Part shown: piece by piece, positions 10,103 through 19,953 of the stretch | Position numbering within the stretch: position 1 is the first letter of the stretch | Layout: each line of letters starts with the position of its first letter | Assembly: GCA_965207735.1 (NCBI GenBank) | Contig: OZ242296.1 | Coordinates: 1,248,001 to 1,312,000, forward strand | Source of the DNA: Candidatus Versatilivorator sp. | GTDB taxonomy: Bacteria > Acidobacteriota > Terriglobia > Versatilivoradales > Versatilivoraceae | DNA length: 64,000 nucleotides | Direction: 5' to 3' | Translations under genes and position numbers: made by a program | Notes under the pieces: generated by a model | The model's input: the letters and a program-made list of their open reading frames with translations, nothing else | The model's database searches: none | What the model was told of the DNA's origin: nothing

Positions 10103-10915
10103 GTGAAACCCCTTGCGAGCATTTTCTGCGTCGTTCTGACCGGTATCCTGCTATCGGCCTGCTCTCCCGGGCACCCGCCCCCCCGGCCGCAGCCTGCCGA
10201 GCAGTCCCCGCGCACACCCGAATCCGCTCACACATCCGCCATGACCATCCTGTGCCTGGGCGACAGCCTCACCGAGGGCTCCGGACTGGATCGGTCCCAA
10301 GCATACCCGGCCCGGTTGCAGGAGAAAATCGACGCCCTGGGCTGGAATTTCAAGGTGGTCAATGCCGGCCTGGGAGGAGACACCACGGCGGCCGCGCTGC
10401 GCCGGCTGGACTGGTCGCTGCAAAGTAGAATCGATGTCCTGATCCTGGCCCTGGGAGGCAACGACGGCCTGCGCGGCCACCCGCTGCCGGAGATCCGGAA
10501 GAATCTCGGGGCGATTATTTCAACAGCAACCTCCCGCTATCCCCGGCTGAAGGTGGTGGTGGCCGGCATGCAGATTCCACCCAACTACGGGTTGCAATAC
10601 GTCCGCGGATTCCAGGCTCTCTTTCCCCAGGTGGCGGCAAGCCATGGAGCCCTGTTGATTCCCTTTCTTCTGGAAGGGGTGGGCGGGCGACCCGAGCTCA
10701 ATTTCCCGGACGGAATCCATCCCAACAAGAGGGGGCAGGAAATCGTCGCCGAAAACGTCTGGAGATTTATTGAACCGATGCTGCGCAAGCTTCATCGCAA
10801 TGGGGCAAACGCGACCGCTTCCCGGCCGAACAGTGTTGCGCCGGCAGCCTCCATTTACCGGAGCGGTCCGGTCGCCAGCGGCTGGGCAATGGCAAAAAGC
10901 CTTTCTTTTTCATAG
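10103..10915 (+). CDS. tesA: Arylesterase / acyl-CoA thioesterase I (SGNH/GDSL), lipoprotein
   Basis: LGDSLT, NAGLGGDTT, LGGNDG and DGIHP; lipobox LSAC. Divergent from ybbA/ybbP. Confidence 0.88.
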   Translation: MKPLASIFCVVLTGILLSACSPGHPPPRPQPAEQSPRTPESAHTSAMTILCLGDSLTEGSGLDRSQAYPARLQEKIDALGWNFKVVNAGLGGDTTAAALRRLDWSLQSRIDVLILALGGNDGLRGHPLPEIRKNLGAIISTATSRYPRLKVVVAGMQIPPNYGLQYVRGFQALFPQVAASHGALLIPFLLEGVGGRPELNFPDGIHPNKRGQEIVAENVWRFIEPMLRKLHRNGANATASRPNSVAPAASIYRSGPVASGWAMAKSLSFS

Positions 10916-11041
10916 GTTTCCAATTGTGCTACACTGCTTTTGGACCTAAAGACCGGCCCTGCCGGACAACCCCTTGATCTTGGCAACAGCGAAAACTTGG
11001 CCCCTTTGGCCGGCTGATCGGCTGGAATCGGGACACTAGCA

Positions 11042-13297
11042 ATGGCTTGGCGCCCCCCAATCTCCCCCGCAGTCGTGCTGGCACCGCTGGCGCTTGCCCT
11101 TGCCCTCCTTTCCTGCGGTGGCTCCAGCGCCTTCAAGCGGGGCCTGGAGTATGAAGAGCTCAAGAACTACGACGCCGCCCTGCAAAGCTACGAAGAGGCC
11201 CTCAGCGCCGACCCCGGAAACGCCAGGTACCGCCTCTATTTCGAGCGGGCCCGCTTCCAGGCGGCCATAGACCATTTCGACCGGGGCCGGCGCTTCAAGG
11301 AAGAAGGCCGGCTGGAAGAAGCCCTGCAGGAGTTCCGCCGGGCCGCGCAGATCGATCCCTCCATCGAAGCGGCCCAACAGGAAGCCGAGGCGGTGGCCGC
11401 GCTGATCCGAGACCGGGACAGACAGGCCGAACAGGTGGAGCCGCAAGGCCCGAGCGAGGATCTATACCCTTCCCGGCAATTCCTGCCGGCGGTCAAACTC
11501 TCGGGAGAGGTTCGGCGGGCCTACGTGACCCTGGGAAAGCTCGGCGGCATCAACGTCATATTCGCCCCCGACTTCAACCCCAGCCCGCCGGAAGTGGAGC
11601 TCGATTTCAGCGAGGTCACCCTCCTCGAAGCCCTGGAACTGCTCGCCCTGCAGAGCAAGACCTACTGGTCCGTCCTCAAGGAAAACACCATTCTGGTCGC
11701 CGAGGACACCCAGCAGACCCGCCAGCGGTACCAGGAAGAGATCGTCAGGACCTTCCACCTGTCCAACGTGGGCGACAAAGCGGACCTGGGCCAGATCGCC
11801 ACCGCACTGCGTTCCCTGCTCCTGATGAACAAGGTGGCCCAGATCGATTCCCAGAACGCCATCGTGGTGCGGGATACCCCCGACAAGATCGCTGCCGCCG
11901 AGAGGATCATCCGGTCCATCGACAAATCCAAGCCCGAAGTCATGATCGAGGTGTACATCCTGGAAGTGGTGGGCACCGTCAGGCAGTTTCTGGGCTTCAG
12001 ACCGGGCATTCCGGGCGCCATCAACGTTTCTCCCAACGGACCCCAGGAAGACGGCGGTTTGAGCACCATCCCCCTCAACGAGTTGGGGCGGCTCGGCAGG
12101 CACAGCTTTTCCGTGGCCATCCCCTCCATCCAACTCGGGCAGCTCTACACCCGGGTCAAGGGCCGCGTGCTGCAGAACCCCACCCTGCGGGCCTCGGACG
12201 GGGAAGCGGCCACCTTCAAGGTAGGCACCCAGCAACCCATCGCTCAGGGAAGTTTTTCCACCGGAATCGGCGGGGGGACGGGTTTCGGCGGGGGCGCCTT
12301 CACCACGTTTTCCACCGTGGATGTGGGAGTCACGCTGGAGATCACTCCCCAGGTGCTGCTGAATCGCGATATCGCCATGAACGTCAGCGTGGCCTTGAAG
12401 ACCATCAGCGGCTTTGAGACCCTGGACGGGAACCGCTACCCCATCCTGGCCAATCGGGAAATCAGCCACGACATCCGGCTGCGGGAGGGTGAGTCCAGCG
12501 TGGTAGGCGGAATCATCCAGCGTTCCGACTCGGTCACCGTGGACGGAATCCCCGGGCTGAGCAAGATTCCGCTGCTGCGATACCTCTTCTCCACCGAGGA
12601 CAACAACGCCTCGGACAACGAAATCATCGTGGTGATTACTCCCCACATCGTTCGGCTGCCCGACATCCTGGAGCAGGAGACCTCGCTGGCTCTGCTGGGA
12701 TCTAGCAACACTCCCAAGTATCTGGGATCTCCCAAGCAACTGATTGGAGAGATTCCCGGTCCGGGGCCGGGGACCGGCCAAGCCCCGCCGCCCCAGTCCG
12801 GCAGCGGCCCAGTCGCCCCGAGCGCGCCACCGCCGACCTCGGAAGCCCCACCGCGGGCGTCCGATCGGCCGGCGCCCCGTCTGGCTTTCGTCAGGCTGGT
12901 GGCCCCCTCGGAACCCGTCGGACGTGGCAGCCGTTTCCGGGTTGGCGTCTCGATCGCCAACGCCCAACAGGTCCACGGGCTCTCGTTCAACTTCGGATTC
13001 AATCCGGACCTGGTACGGCTGGTGGAAGTTCAGGGCGGAGGATTCCTCAGCAGCGACGGAACGTCGGTGGCCCTGGCCGAACGCCTGGAAAACTCCCTGG
13101 GCCGAGCGGTGATCTCGATGACCCGCCCCCCCGACAGCGCGGGCGTCAGCGGTTCCGGCCTGTTGATGAACCTCGGCTTCGAGGCCGTGGGAACGGGTGA
13201 CGCAGCCATTTCCTTCGGACCCAATTCCGTCTTGCGCGACAGTGGGCAAACCCCCATTCCCGCCAGCCTTGCCGGCGCCCAGGCAACCATTCAGTGA
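11042..13297 (+). CDS. gspD: Type II secretion-type secretin with N-terminal TPR and C-terminal cohesin domain
   Basis: Lipobox LLSC, TPRs, N-domain, secretin motifs (DVGVTLEITP, GIPGLSKIPLLRYLFS), a Pro-rich linker and a cohesin-like beta domain (VSGSGLLMNLGF). Confidence 0.85.
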   Translation: MAWRPPISPAVVLAPLALALALLSCGGSSAFKRGLEYEELKNYDAALQSYEEALSADPGNARYRLYFERARFQAAIDHFDRGRRFKEEGRLEEALQEFRRAAQIDPSIEAAQQEAEAVAALIRDRDRQAEQVEPQGPSEDLYPSRQFLPAVKLSGEVRRAYVTLGKLGGINVIFAPDFNPSPPEVELDFSEVTLLEALELLALQSKTYWSVLKENTILVAEDTQQTRQRYQEEIVRTFHLSNVGDKADLGQIATALRSLLLMNKVAQIDSQNAIVVRDTPDKIAAAERIIRSIDKSKPEVMIEVYILEVVGTVRQFLGFRPGIPGAINVSPNGPQEDGGLSTIPLNELGRLGRHSFSVAIPSIQLGQLYTRVKGRVLQNPTLRASDGEAATFKVGTQQPIAQGSFSTGIGGGTGFGGGAFTTFSTVDVGVTLEITPQVLLNRDIAMNVSVALKTISGFETLDGNRYPILANREISHDIRLREGESSVVGGIIQRSDSVTVDGIPGLSKIPLLRYLFSTEDNNASDNEIIVVITPHIVRLPDILEQETSLALLGSSNTPKYLGSPKQLIGEIPGPGPGTGQAPPPQSGSGPVAPSAPPPTSEAPPRASDRPAPRLAFVRLVAPSEPVGRGSRFRVGVSIANAQQVHGLSFNFGFNPDLVRLVEVQGGGFLSSDGTSVALAERLENSLGRAVISMTRPPDSAGVSGSGLLMNLGFEAVGTGDAAISFGPNSVLRDSGQTPIPASLAGAQATIQ

Positions 13298-13800
13298 GGA
13301 CGCCCATGTCCTTCCACTCGATCAGGATTCATTTCAGCAACAGCAGGCGCTCCGCCCGGGGGCTGACGCTGGTGGAGCTGATCGCCACCGTGGCCATTGT
13401 CAGCATCCTGGCCCTGGGAGCCCTGCCGCTGACCAAGGTGGTGATTCAACGGCAGAAGGAGGTTGAGCTGCGGCGGGCACTGAGAGAGATGAGAACGGCC
13501 ATTGACCGCTACCACGACGCCGCCCTGGGCGGCCAGATCGAGATCAAGTTCGGCACCGACGGTTGGCCGCCCGACCTGGACACCCTGGTCGAGGGGGTGG
13601 ATCAGCTCAACGCGGTCGACAAGCGGCTCCGCTTCCTGCGCCGCGTCCCCACCGACCCCATGACGGGCGACAAGGAATGGGGGTTGCGCTCCTCGCAGGA
13701 CAGTTGGGATGCCACCAGCCACGGCGGCCAGAATGTCTACGATGTCTACAGCAAGAGCAACGGAACGGCCCTGGACGGATCCAAGTACGCGGAATGGTAG
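13294..13800 (+). CDS. Pseudopilin (prepilin N-methylation domain)
   Basis: GLTLVELI cleavage site; LRRVPTDPMTG and VYDVYS. Confidence 0.88.
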   Translation: MRTPMSFHSIRIHFSNSRRSARGLTLVELIATVAIVSILALGALPLTKVVIQRQKEVELRRALREMRTAIDRYHDAALGGQIEIKFGTDGWPPDLDTLVEGVDQLNAVDKRLRFLRRVPTDPMTGDKEWGLRSSQDSWDATSHGGQNVYDVYSKSNGTALDGSKYAEW

Positions 13801-13801
13801 G

Positions 13802-14242
13802 ATGGGAACGAAACGATGGAGCAAGGGTGACAGGTCCGGGGGTCACCCGGGCGGGAAGCTCGGTGGAGACGGGTTCACGCTGATCGAGCTGATGATTGTG
13901 CTCACCATCGTGGCCATCCTGGTGAGCATTGCCCTTCCCATCGCCGACTCAGCCATCCTTCGTGCCCGTGAAGCCGTTCTCAAGAGCAACCTGCACACGC
14001 TACGCACGCTCATCGACCACTACACCGCCGACAAGCGAAAGGCCCCCCAAACCCTGGACGACCTGGTGAGCGCCGGCTACCTGCGCGCCCTCCCCAAGGA
14101 TCCGATCACCAACGACACCGACTGGCAGATCGTGATGGAAGAGGCATCCATGTTCCCCGACCAGCTCGAGCTGGGAATCTACGACATCCGCAGCAACTCC
14201 GAAGCCATCTCCTCCGAGGGCACCCCCTACAGTGAGTGGTAG
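13802..14242 (+). CDS. Pseudopilin, GspG-like
   Basis: GFTLIELMIV, YLRALPKDPIT and GTPYSEW. Confidence 0.88.
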   Translation: MGTKRWSKGDRSGGHPGGKLGGDGFTLIELMIVLTIVAILVSIALPIADSAILRAREAVLKSNLHTLRTLIDHYTADKRKAPQTLDDLVSAGYLRALPKDPITNDTDWQIVMEEASMFPDQLELGIYDIRSNSEAISSEGTPYSEW

Positions 14243-14288
14243 CCCCCGCACCGGCGAATCGACCGCGGATCCCTCTTTTCAGCGCACC

Positions 14289-15068
14289 CTAACGCACCAC
14301 TCCTTCCAGCGGGCTGCTGGCGCTGGCGTACAGCTTCCTGGGCATTCTGCCTGCCAGGTAGGCCAGCCGGCCTGCCCGGATGGCCAGATTCATGGCTTCG
14401 GCCATCGCCACCGGGTCATCCGCCTGGGCGATGCCGGTGTTCATCAGGACAGCATCGGCGCCCAGTTCCATGGCCAGCGCTGCGTCCGAGGCGGTACCCA
14501 CCCCGGCATCCACGATCAACGGCACCTCGGTAATCATTTCCCGCAGGATTTTCATGGTGGCCACGTTCTGAATTCCCATTCCGGAGCCTATGGGCGCCCC
14601 CAGAGGCATCACCGCGGCCGCCCCGGCATCGATCAGGCGGCGGGCGGTCACGATATCGTCGTTGGTGTAGGGAAACACCACGAATCCTTCCTTCACCAGG
14701 ATCTCGGTGGCCTCGAGCAGGCCCGCGTTGTCGGGAAAGAGCGTCTTTTCGTCCCCGATGACCTCCAGCTTGACCCAGTTGGAAAGACCGGCTTCGCGGC
14801 CGAGCCGGGCAGCCCGCACGGCCTCGTCCCGGCTGTAGCACCCGGCCGTATTGGGCAGGATGAAATAACGCTCGGTATCGATCCAATCCAGCAGCGACTC
14901 CCGGTTGCGATCGGAGAGATTCACCCGGCGCACCGCCACCGTGACCATATCGGCGCCCGACTTCTCATGGGCTTCCACCATCTGCGCAAAAGATGCGTAC
15001 TTCCCCGTGCCCACCAGCAGACGGGACGAAAACTCCCGCCCCGCGATGACCAGCTTGTCAGGTTTCAT
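14289..15068 (-). CDS. thiG: Thiazole synthase
   Basis: [32 protein letters not shown] and [10 protein letters not shown]. Confidence 0.96.
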   Translation of the reverse strand: MKPDKLVIAGREFSSRLLVGTGKYASFAQMVEAHEKSGADMVTVAVRRVNLSDRNRESLLDWIDTERYFILPNTAGCYSRDEAVRAARLGREAGLSNWVKLEVIGDEKTLFPDNAGLLEATEILVKEGFVVFPYTNDDIVTARRLIDAGAAAVMPLGAPIGSGMGIQNVATMKILREMITEVPLIVDAGVGTASDAALAMELGADAVLMNTGIAQADDPVAMAEAMNLAIRAGRLAYLAGRMPRKLYASASSPLEGVVR

Positions 15069-15285
15069 ATTGGCCCCACATGAGGAAACGGCTTCCAGGA
15101 ACAATCGTTTCCATGTCTTTTTGTCGGCCTCATTCTAGTTTAAAGCCGCCTCGATTGCATCGCGAAATTGCCCCATCCCCCGCTTGCCTTGACCGGGGTA
15201 CTTGGGCGGGTTATGTTTACCCCTTGACGGAAATCCCTGCCCTGCCTGAATCCCAGCGCGCAGCCTTCCCTCGGAATTTGCCCGC

Positions 15286-17457
15286 ATGAAGAACGGAGCT
15301 CTCATTCTGCTGATTCTGTTCCTTCTCTTCGCGCTTCCGGAGAGCCGACCTTCAGAGGAAAAATCCATGAAACCCACCCAGACCTCGTCTGCGGAACCCG
15401 TATTCACCAACCGATTGATCCACGAGACCAGCCCCTATCTCCGGCAGCATGCCCACAATCCGGTGGACTGGTACCCCTGGGGGCAGGAAGCCCTGGACAA
15501 GGCCAGGCGGGAAGACAAGCCGATTCTGCTCAGCATCGGCTATTCGGCTTGCCATTGGTGCCATGTCATGGAGCGGGAGTCGTTCGAAAACGAAGCTATC
15601 GCCGAAGTCATGAACGCCCACTTCGTGAACATCAAGGTCGATCGGGAGGAACGGCCCGACCTGGACACCCTCTACATGAACTACGTCCAGATGACCACCG
15701 GAAGCGGCGGCTGGCCCATGACGGTGTTTCTGACTCCCGATCAAGTCCCGTTCTACGGGGGGACCTATTTCCCTCCGGAAGACCGCTTCGGCCGCCCCGG
15801 CTTCGGGCGCCTCTGCCTGGCCCTGGCCGAGGCCTTTCGAGAGAAGCGAGAGGAGATCAAGACCCGGAAACCCGATGTCCTGCGCAGTCTGGCGGCCATG
15901 AACACCCTGCCGGCCGGCGCCGCCAACGTGACGGCCGCCAGCCTCGGCCAGGCCTTCGATCAGCTGGCCCCCCGTTTCGACCTGACCCATGGCGGCTTCA
16001 GCGGCGCCCCCAAGTTTCCGGGATCCATGAGCCTGACCTTCCTGCTTCGCCACTTCTCCCGGACCGGCCGCCCGGAGGGGCGAGAATTTGTCACGCTATC
16101 CCTCGAAAAGATGGCCCGCGGGGGCATGTACGACCAACTGGGTGGAGGATTTCACCGCTATTCGGTGGATGAGCGCTGGCTGGTCCCCCACTTCGAGAAG
16201 ATGCTCTACGACAACGCCCTCTTGAGCCGACTCTACCTCGAAGCCTATCAGCTCGACCCGCAGCCGCTCTATGCCAGAGTGGTGGAGGAGATCCTGGATT
16301 ACGTGGTTCGAGAGATGCAGAATCCCGAGGGCGGCTTCTACTCGACCCAGGACGCAGACAGCGAAGGCCACGAGGGCAAGTTCTTTATCTGGACCCCAAC
16401 CGAGATCGGGGAGATCCTGGGCGAAGAGGCAAGCAAGGCCTTTTGCCGATACTACGACGTCACTGACGGGGGAAACTTCGAAGGGTCCAACATTCTGAAC
16501 GTGCCCCTGCCGCTGGAACAGGTGGCCAGTGAGCTGTCACTGACTCCCGGGGAGCTGGCCCGCATCCTTTCCGAGGCCCGGCAACGCCTTTTCCCGGAGC
16601 GCGAGAAGCGGATCAAGCCCCATCGTGACGAGAAGATACTCACCGGCTGGAACGCCATGATGGGAGTCAGCTTCGTGGAGGCCTCGCTGGTCCTGCAGCG
16701 GGCCGACTACCTGGAGGTCGCCAGGCGCAATGCCCGTTTCCTGCTCGAGCATCTATGCCGCAAGGACAGGCTATTGCGGACTCACAAGGACGGGGTGTCC
16801 AAGCTCTCCGGTTACCTCGACGACTACGCCAACCTGGTCGAGTATCTGCTGGCGCTCTACCAGGCCACGGGCGAGAGAGAGTGGCTGGACCAGGCGGTCA
16901 TCTACAACGACGCCATGCTGGAGCTGTTCTGGGACCGGGAGCAGTCCATCTTCTTCCTCACCGGCAAGGAACACGAAAAGCTGGTGACTCCGGTCCGGGA
17001 CGCCTACGACAACGCCACGCCCGCAGGAAGCTCGGTGGCGGTCTTCAATCTTCTCAAGCTGGCCATCCTGACGAACAACCCCGAATACCGGACCATCGCC
17101 GAGACCAACCTCGAGAACATGCACCTGCCCCTGACCCGCTATCCCAACGGATTCGGATACCTGCTGGGAGCCGCCGACTTCTATCTGGGGCCGGTAAAGG
17201 AAATTGCCGTGGTGGGAGATCCCGAGTCGGAAGAGACCCGGCGGCTGCTCGAAGTGGTCCATCGGACGTTCCTGCCCAACAAGGTGGTGGCCATCCTGGA
17301 CCCCAACGACGCCGACGGCGCCGGCCAACTGCCCCTGCTTGAAGGCAAGACCCTGGTCAAGGGCCGCCCGGCCGCCTACGTCTGCGAGAACTACACCTGC
17401 AAGGCCCCGGTCACCGAACCCGGCCAACTGGAGCTGGAGTTGGGCCGGAAGCCGTGA
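15286..17457 (+). CDS. Thioredoxin-domain protein, YyaL/SPATA20 (DUF255) family
   Basis: [38 protein letters not shown] and AYVCENYTC. Alternative ATG at 15367. Confidence 0.92.
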   Translation: MKNGALILLILFLLFALPESRPSEEKSMKPTQTSSAEPVFTNRLIHETSPYLRQHAHNPVDWYPWGQEALDKARREDKPILLSIGYSACHWCHVMERESFENEAIAEVMNAHFVNIKVDREERPDLDTLYMNYVQMTTGSGGWPMTVFLTPDQVPFYGGTYFPPEDRFGRPGFGRLCLALAEAFREKREEIKTRKPDVLRSLAAMNTLPAGAANVTAASLGQAFDQLAPRFDLTHGGFSGAPKFPGSMSLTFLLRHFSRTGRPEGREFVTLSLEKMARGGMYDQLGGGFHRYSVDERWLVPHFEKMLYDNALLSRLYLEAYQLDPQPLYARVVEEILDYVVREMQNPEGGFYSTQDADSEGHEGKFFIWTPTEIGEILGEEASKAFCRYYDVTDGGNFEGSNILNVPLPLEQVASELSLTPGELARILSEARQRLFPEREKRIKPHRDEKILTGWNAMMGVSFVEASLVLQRADYLEVARRNARFLLEHLCRKDRLLRTHKDGVSKLSGYLDDYANLVEYLLALYQATGEREWLDQAVIYNDAMLELFWDREQSIFFLTGKEHEKLVTPVRDAYDNATPAGSSVAVFNLLKLAILTNNPEYRTIAETNLENMHLPLTRYPNGFGYLLGAADFYLGPVKEIAVVGDPESEETRRLLEVVHRTFLPNKVVAILDPNDADGAGQLPLLEGKTLVKGRPAAYVCENYTCKAPVTEPGQLELELGRKP

Positions 17458-17497
17458 CGGGGATGACGAACAGACTGCCATTCTGTAGGAGCGCACC

Positions 17498-18538
17498 ATC
17501 GATTCAACCTTACCGGCACAAACAGGTCTCAACCCTACGGCAGCCCAGCCTCGCAGGGTCATTCTCGATGCGGATCCGGGCATTGACGATGCCATGGCCA
17601 TCCTGTTGGCGGCCCAGTCCACGGAATTGCGAATCGAGGCGATTACCGTGGTCTCCGGAAACGTGCTGGTGGACCAGGGTGTGGAGAATGCGCTCAAGCT
17701 GGTCGAACTGGCCGGTCGGACCGATATTCCGGTAGCCGGGGGAGAAAAATACCCACTCCGGAAAAAGCTGATCACGGTCCCCATCGTGCACGGCGAGAAC
17801 GGTCTTGGCGAGACGGAACTACCTTCCCCGACCAAGACTGCCGAATCGCGTCACGCCGTAGATCTGATCATCGATCTGGTCCGCGCCCACCCGGGGCAAA
17901 TCACCCTGCTGCCCCTCGGGCCCTTGACCAATATCGCTCGGGTCCTGCTCAAGCGGCCGGACATCGCAGAGCAGATACCCGAGATCATCCTGATGGGTGG
18001 CTCCATCGAAGGAGGAAACGCCAGCCCTGCCGCCGAGGCCAATATCTACAACGACCCGGAGGCCGCCGAGATCGTCTTTCAGTCGGGCATTCCCATCACC
18101 ATGGTGGGGCTGGGCGCCACGCATCAAACCCTGTTGAAACGATCCCACACGGCCGCTCTCGCCGACAGTCGCTCGCCCATCGCGCGCTATGTCGCCCGAA
18201 TAGCCGATTTCTACCTCGCCTTCTCCGAGAGCATCGGCTTTGAGGGAGGCGCACTTCACGATCCGTTGGCAGTGGGTTTGGCTGTGGATTCGACCCTGGC
18301 CATAGAGAGTCGTCCCATGCAAATCGCGGTGGAGACCCAAGGGCGTTTAACTTACGGCGAAACGGTGGCCAATCGCTATCTGCTCAGGGAATCCGTAGAG
18401 GACGCGGGAGACCACTACGTTCTCACCGGGATCAAGCCCATAGAGTCCAATGCACAGGTTCCGACCCTGATCGACGCCGACCGATTCCTGCGATTTTTCG
18501 TGGACCGGATCGGTGCACCACCGCGGGTTGCAGTGTGA
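17498..18538 (+). CDS. Inosine/uridine-preferring nucleoside hydrolase
   Basis: DADPGIDD motif lies in frame upstream of ATG 17594; VHGENGLG, GPLTN, AEANIYNDP and LHDPLA. Start proposed at ATC 17498 after AGGAG. Confidence 0.88.
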   Translation: MDSTLPAQTGLNPTAAQPRRVILDADPGIDDAMAILLAAQSTELRIEAITVVSGNVLVDQGVENALKLVELAGRTDIPVAGGEKYPLRKKLITVPIVHGENGLGETELPSPTKTAESRHAVDLIIDLVRAHPGQITLLPLGPLTNIARVLLKRPDIAEQIPEIILMGGSIEGGNASPAAEANIYNDPEAAEIVFQSGIPITMVGLGATHQTLLKRSHTAALADSRSPIARYVARIADFYLAFSESIGFEGGALHDPLAVGLAVDSTLAIESRPMQIAVETQGRLTYGETVANRYLLRESVEDAGDHYVLTGIKPIESNAQVPTLIDADRFLRFFVDRIGAPPRVAV

Positions 18539-18609
18539 GGACCCGGTCGGGGTGAAGTGCAAACTATTTCGGGTGCGGCGAGCCACCCGGTTGTGGATCG
18601 GAGTTTTCC

Positions 18610-18858
18610 ATGTCAAAGACGGCAAGATTGTTCTGGTCCGGACGCTCTCAGGCCGTTCGCCTGCCGAAGGAATTCCGCATGGACGGCGAGGTAGTACGCA
18701 TCCGCAAGCAGGGAGCGTCGGTCGTCCTCGAGCCTGTTGCCACTGATTGGGCGTGGCTCGATGCCATCGAAGGGAAGCTCTCAAAGGATTTCTTGCCCGA
18801 AGGGCGCAAACAGCAGACGCATCAGTTCCGGCCTGCCCTGGATGCAGCCTTCGAGTGA
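18610..18858 (+). CDS. vapB: VapB antitoxin (AbrB/MazE type)
   Basis: LFWSGRSQAVRLPKEFR signature; overlaps the start of a PIN gene. Confidence 0.9.
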   Translation: MSKTARLFWSGRSQAVRLPKEFRMDGEVVRIRKQGASVVLEPVATDWAWLDAIEGKLSKDFLPEGRKQQTHQFRPALDAAFE

Positions 18859-18915
18859 TGCGCTATCTGCTCGACACGAACGCTTGCATTGGGTTACTGA
18901 ACGGCAAGCCACCCT
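18858..18915 (+). pseudogene. vapC: Truncated VapC PIN toxin (about 20 N-terminal codons)
   Basis: MRYLLDTNACIGLLNGKP, after which similarity is lost in IS-derived sequence. Confidence 0.75.
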
Positions 18916-19032
18916 CACCCTCATTTGTTGATCGGGTTCGAGCCTCGGGCTCAGGCAAGACAACGCCTTGCCTTGCATCCCGCGGCTTGAGTTTGGTTGG
19001 TGTTATCTGTCCAATAAATCGGGGGCGGTACA
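18915..19032 (+). mobile_element. IS3-family right-end remnant
   Basis: Ends in TGTCCAATAAATCGGGGGCGGTACA (IS3-type IR ending in CA), preceded by a transposase-tail-like ASGSGKTTPCL. Left boundary approximate. Confidence 0.55.
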
Positions 19033-19084
19033 GCCAGAGGTCCAACTGATCGAGAGCGTCTTGCTGGTCGTTTTTGAGTTGCAT
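19033..19084 (-). pseudogene. Possible N-terminal fragment of a type III restriction (Res/DEAD helicase) gene
   Basis: MQLKNDQQDALDQLDLW resembles the Q-motif start of Res helicases. It is cut exactly at the IS end. Confidence 0.4.
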
Positions 19085-19121
19085 TGCAAAGACTGGCAAA
19101 ATGACAGCGAACCGTCCCTTG

Positions 19122-19418
19122 TCATCTTCTTTGTCGCCACCTCCTTGGATGACGACTGCCATGGATAACGGCAAAGACTATGACCTGGTCATCCTCAACC
19201 CGAAAGTAGACTCCAAAAGGAAACCGACGAATCAAGGCGCGGCGGGCACGCCTATGGACCACAGGATAAATGGCCGGATTTTCTGAGATTGCATTGCAAA
19301 GGCTCCGAACCTCATCAAGAAATTCATCCCCTAGACCCGGGCGTTGCTTCTCATACCAGATTGCGGCCTCTTCGATATCCGTTTCCGCTTCCGGCCGAAA
19401 ATATACCCTGAGACTCAC
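19122..19418 (-). CDS. RelE/ParE family toxin
   Basis: FRPEAETDIEEAAIWYE, RRFPFGVYF and AVIHGSRHP. Confidence 0.9.
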   Translation of the reverse strand: MSLRVYFRPEAETDIEEAAIWYEKQRPGLGDEFLDEVRSLCNAISENPAIYPVVHRRARRALIRRFPFGVYFRVEDDQVIVFAVIHGSRHPRRWRQRR

Positions 19419-19624
19419 AACCGTCCTTTAATGGCCGCCAAGACCTCACTGGATTCGCGACCCTTAATGTTGTCAAATTCGTATGCATCCAAGCGCCGAT
19501 CGAGTTCAACTCGTTGTTCTTCGGTCAGCGGCAGGGCGACTTGGTCGGCAGCTATGCTGTCCCAAATATCCTCCACCAGTCGCAATTTTTCGCCTATCGA
19601 GAGAGTGCCCAGCCCAGTTTTCAT
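19415..19624 (-). CDS. Addiction module antitoxin
   Basis: LSIGEKLRLVEDIWDSI and ELDRRL; 4-nt overlap with the toxin. Confidence 0.88.
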   Translation of the reverse strand: MKTGLGTLSIGEKLRLVEDIWDSIAADQVALPLTEEQRVELDRRLDAYEFDNIKGRESSEVLAAIKGRL

Positions 19625-19688
19625 TTCAAGTTCCTCCTCAGTACTGTCCGGTTAAGCTTTCACGACTTTGGTGTAACAGGGGAAAGTA

Positions 19689-19908
19689 GGGGACGTTGTT
19701 GAATTGCTGGAATAACTGCGCTCAGCTTCCGCATCTTGCCTGACACGAGCAGGCACTCGACGCCCCGCCCATCCGGCCAAATGCATCCGTAGGCTCCACG
19801 ACGCTGCGACGCTGCATGAGTCCTGTTGGGGGTTCGAGCATTCTCAATATCGACAAGAAATTGAAAGACGGCCGGCCCAAACAATTCCACTAATTCAACA
19901 ACGTCCCC
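19689..19908. mobile_element. 220-bp MITE with perfect 17-bp terminal inverted repeats
   Basis: GGGGACGTTGTTGAATT (19689-19705) and AATTCAACAACGTCCCC (19892-19908). No clear TSD. Confidence 0.7.
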
Positions 19909-19953
19909 GGGGTTCTGTTTTGCCCGTGTGAACAACTTTCGCAGAATCCACAT

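Noticed and set aside
15069-15285. TPP riboswitch upstream of thiG
   Set aside because: No CTGAGA / ACCTG core found on the minus strand.
19660-19953. 97-aa ORF as an intact gene
   Set aside because: Only the first 15 codons precede the MITE; most of the rest is read-through of the element.
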